The position numbers were made by a program, and so were the translations under genes. From Tepidisphaerales bacterium (GTDB lineage: Bacteria; Planctomycetota; Phycisphaerae; Tepidisphaerales; Tepidisphaeraceae), in the NCBI GenBank assembly GCA_038222915.1, contig JBBRHH010000001.1, forward strand, positions 1-36,092: a stretch of 36,092 nucleotides of DNA. The letters run 5' to 3'. The notes below the pieces were generated by a model. That model had not been told where the DNA came from, did not search any database, and was given only the letters and a program-made list of their open reading frames with translations. Shown one piece after another: positions 33,812-36,092 of this stretch (the first letter of the stretch is position 1; each line of letters opens with the position of its first letter).

Positions 33812-35923
33812 TCATTCCCAGACGTCAAGGATGTGCGTGGTGAGATAGTTCACGTTGAAATTGACGTTCTGAACGTAGGTGTCGCCGGTGCTGATGACGA
33901 CAGGTTTGGGGGCGGGCGGAAGTTGTGTCATGTCGCTGGGCAGCACCAGCACCACCCGATACGTGCCAGCGCCGCTGACGCCGGATGAAACCTCACGGTT
34001 GGCGGAAGGCCCGCTGAGCTGGTTGAAGGTGTAGTGGCCGTCGCGGTCGGTGTATGTTGTCGCAATGACGGTCCCGTCGTCGTTCTTGAGTAGAACTTTG
34101 AGATCCGCGACGCCGCAGGGCACGCGATAGTAGCCACCGATGCCGAAGCCGACGTGGCGCATCGCCAGGCCGCTGACCGTGCCGCTGATCAATGCCTTGT
34201 AGACAAACGCATTGCGCTGCAGGTTGGTGATATTAGTGTTGGCCTTGATCACCTCGCTCAGCGTGTTTCCCGCTTGCAGGATGCGCTGCTCGTCAGGCGT
34301 GAATGTCTGGTTGCCGTAGAAGAAACGATCTCCGTTGCGCAGGCGTTTGAACTGATCGACCATGATGGCCTGGAACAGAGGCCCAACGTCCGAGCCGGCG
34401 ACGTCCGCTTCGGCCAGGCCGCCTTCGAAGGCGTCGATGGTCTTGACGCCGCCAGGATACGCCTTGGCGAGTTCCTTCTGGACAGTGGGATCGCTCGAAA
34501 TTTGCGAGAAGGAAGTGACGGCCGGCAAGCCCAACGCCACACGCAGTGTGTTGTAGTTCGGAATGCCGTTGTCGCGATCGCGCTGGACATCGCGCGCGAT
34601 GAGGTCCTCGCCGCCAAAACCGCCGTTGCCGAAGAGAAGATTGCGCACTTCGCTGACCGCAAGAAGATCGGTGGCCTGCGAGACGCCGCTGGCCTGCGCC
34701 TTGAGAACTGGTCCGATGTCGGACGAGGTATGTCCCGTGAGCGGGTCAACCGCGCCAGTCGGATTGAGGAGGTTGGGGTCGAAGAAATCCTGCGCCAGGG
34801 AGATGTCCGCACCTTTGGGATTGACGTCGTGGATGTCCGCGCCCGAGTTGGTCAAGCGCTCAATGATGGCCGACAGAAGACTGTGCCCAAACCGGAAAGC
34901 GACCGTCGAAAATTCAGTGGAGATTGAAGCGTTGACGTTTGGTTTGTAGCCCTTATAGGCCGGCAGGGCGGTGCCGCCGAGAACTGCGGGGATCCATCCG
35001 GTGTAAATGATCTGCTGGTATTCCGCGATGTTCAGCTTGCGCGCTTCCTGGAAAATCTGCTCGTCGCTCCAGCCTGGGTGGGATTTCTGCACCAGGCCCG
35101 CGATGCGATTGTGATTGCGAAGGAACAGGGTCTGCATCGCGGTCAACTCGAGATTTTCGTTGCCGCGACGGTCGCCGGTGGCGAACAGGGCGCTGGTCGC
35201 CACGGCCTGCGCGTCGTTTGCCATGTTCAGTGCCGCGATTTGCCCTGATGTGAAATAAGTCGAGTTGTCGTACGGCAGCATATTGCCGGGACTGGTTTTC
35301 AGCAGACCGTTCTGGAAGGTGCGCAAGGCGTCGGAGACGGTTTGATTCGAACCATACACCTGCGAGAGATCGAGGTACGCGGTGATGACGGTCACTTGCT
35401 GGAGCGGGTTGGACTTGCTCGTTCCCGTGGCGGGATCGGTCAGCGAGCGCGTGAACGGCAGGCCATTGGGGCCGATCGGATCGTCCGCGGCGACCGGGAT
35501 GTCGAACCGAGCACCGCCGTCGGGGGTCAGGTCCAGGTCGTGGTCCATGAACTGCCCGAACGCGTAGCCGAAATCGGAAAGGCTCTTGCCGTCAACGGTG
35601 GCGAGATCGGTGGACGGATGTTTGGGATTCGCCTGGCTGTTGAGGATGTTGCTGATGGCGCGGGCGCTTCTGTCGCCTGGCAGCGCCGGCTCGCTGACGC
35701 CGTCGACATACGCCGCCTTGGCCAGGCGGAGAAGATCGGTGCCGGCGCTGCCCCAGTTGGAGTGGCTGAGATTGTTCCCCGTGCCGTCGATCGACTCGAC
35801 GCTCGCGCTGAGATGAACGCGCGTCTCCAGCGTTTCGATCGCGGCGGCTCGAAGCGCCTGCGCCCTGCTGTTCAAAGAAAGCAGCGACGCTGGAGCGCCA
35901 GGGCGTGAATTAAACGAAGTCAT
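33812..35923 (-). CDS. animal-haem-peroxidase (peroxidase-cyclooxygenase superfamily) protein fused to a C-terminal Cna-B/SdrD-B-like beta-sandwich domain
   Basis: Distal-His motif FGQFMDHDLDLT, proximal-His motif VAFRFGHSLL, and ARDVQRDRDNGIPNYNTLR. The C-terminus GTVSG......V.L.NDDGTVIATTYTDRDGHYTFNQL is SdrD-B/carboxypeptidase-regulatory-like. ATG 35923 preferred over the ORF maximum at 36082. Confidence 0.9.
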   Translation of the reverse strand: MTSFNSRPGAPASLLSLNSRAQALRAAAIETLETRVHLSASVESIDGTGNNLSHSNWGSAGTDLLRLAKAAYVDGVSEPALPGDRSARAISNILNSQANPKHPSTDLATVDGKSLSDFGYAFGQFMDHDLDLTPDGGARFDIPVAADDPIGPNGLPFTRSLTDPATGTSKSNPLQQVTVITAYLDLSQVYGSNQTVSDALRTFQNGLLKTSPGNMLPYDNSTYFTSGQIAALNMANDAQAVATSALFATGDRRGNENLELTAMQTLFLRNHNRIAGLVQKSHPGWSDEQIFQEARKLNIAEYQQIIYTGWIPAVLGGTALPAYKGYKPNVNASISTEFSTVAFRFGHSLLSAIIERLTNSGADIHDVNPKGADISLAQDFFDPNLLNPTGAVDPLTGHTSSDIGPVLKAQASGVSQATDLLAVSEVRNLLFGNGGFGGEDLIARDVQRDRDNGIPNYNTLRVALGLPAVTSFSQISSDPTVQKELAKAYPGGVKTIDAFEGGLAEADVAGSDVGPLFQAIMVDQFKRLRNGDRFFYGNQTFTPDEQRILQAGNTLSEVIKANTNITNLQRNAFVYKALISGTVSGLAMRHVGFGIGGYYRVPCGVADLKVLLKNDDGTVIATTYTDRDGHYTFNQLSGPSANREVSSGVSGAGTYRVVLVLPSDMTQLPPAPKPVVISTGDTYVQNVNFNVNYLTTHILDVWE

Positions 35924-36035
35924 GTTGATTTCCAACGGGTTGCCAAAATTCCTTGGCAGCAAAGGCCAGCCAGTGAAGCCCCGCCCGGTGCAAACCACAG
36001 TATACCTCAAGAATATCATGCGTGCAGAAGCAGTC

Positions 36036-36045
36036 GGGGGGGGGG
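36036..36045. repeat. homopolymeric G10 (C10 on the coding strand of the peroxidase gene)
   Basis: Counted directly. It is about 115 nt upstream of ATG 35923 and about 30-45 nt upstream of a TATACT -10-like hexamer (35999-36004, minus strand). Confidence 0.9.
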
Positions 36046-36092
36046 TGTCTGAACTTGCTGGCGACCAACCCCTCCGCGTCAAGGTCGCCTCG

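Overview
A high-GC (about 60%), densely coding bacterial chromosomal window with about 35 protein genes. I recognised no rRNA, tRNA, CRISPR array, transposase or integrase. The gene content suggests a Planctomycetota/PVC-like organism (inference only): a PEP-CTERM protein, an ECF sigma/anti-sigma pair, a PQQ-like beta-propeller with a WPQYRGP signature, a secretin-N/STN-like secreted protein, an N-terminal IExxExRxxLSA motif, and an orphan murE-murF-mraY block.

Housekeeping genes:
- murE, murF, mraY
- eno followed by an FtsB/DivIC-like gene
- pyrD, serS, sixA
- an SDR, a CN-hydrolase, a eukaryote-type UDP-sugar pyrophosphorylase and an L-fucose-isomerase-family enzyme

Accessory or unknown genes:
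- DUF1016/YhcG PD-(D/E)xK nuclease
- DedA
- alpha/beta hydrolase
- ECF sigma, a 600-aa anti-sigma and a decayed DUF302 gene
- a 1017-aa tandem beta-propeller
- an animal-haem-peroxidase fusion
- several small unknown genes

Most unusual observations:
1. Strand compositional asymmetry is extreme, so codon choice depends on which DNA strand a gene lies on. Its sign flips inside one 289-bp divergent intergenic region (21385-21673). That is either a candidate replication origin or a rearrangement breakpoint.
2. Two blocks have the wrong skew sign for their surroundings: 12.1-13.5 kb (the DUF1016 gene) and about 28.7-33.8 kb.
3. Inside the second block is a tightly coupled four-gene cassette with no assignable function. 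It encodes an unknown 141-aa protein, a small helical protein, a minimal Pol-beta-type nucleotidyltransferase and a 2-TM bPH-like membrane protein. This is my best candidate for an undescribed TA/defence-like system.

All functional calls come from motif recognition by eye. No database search was run.
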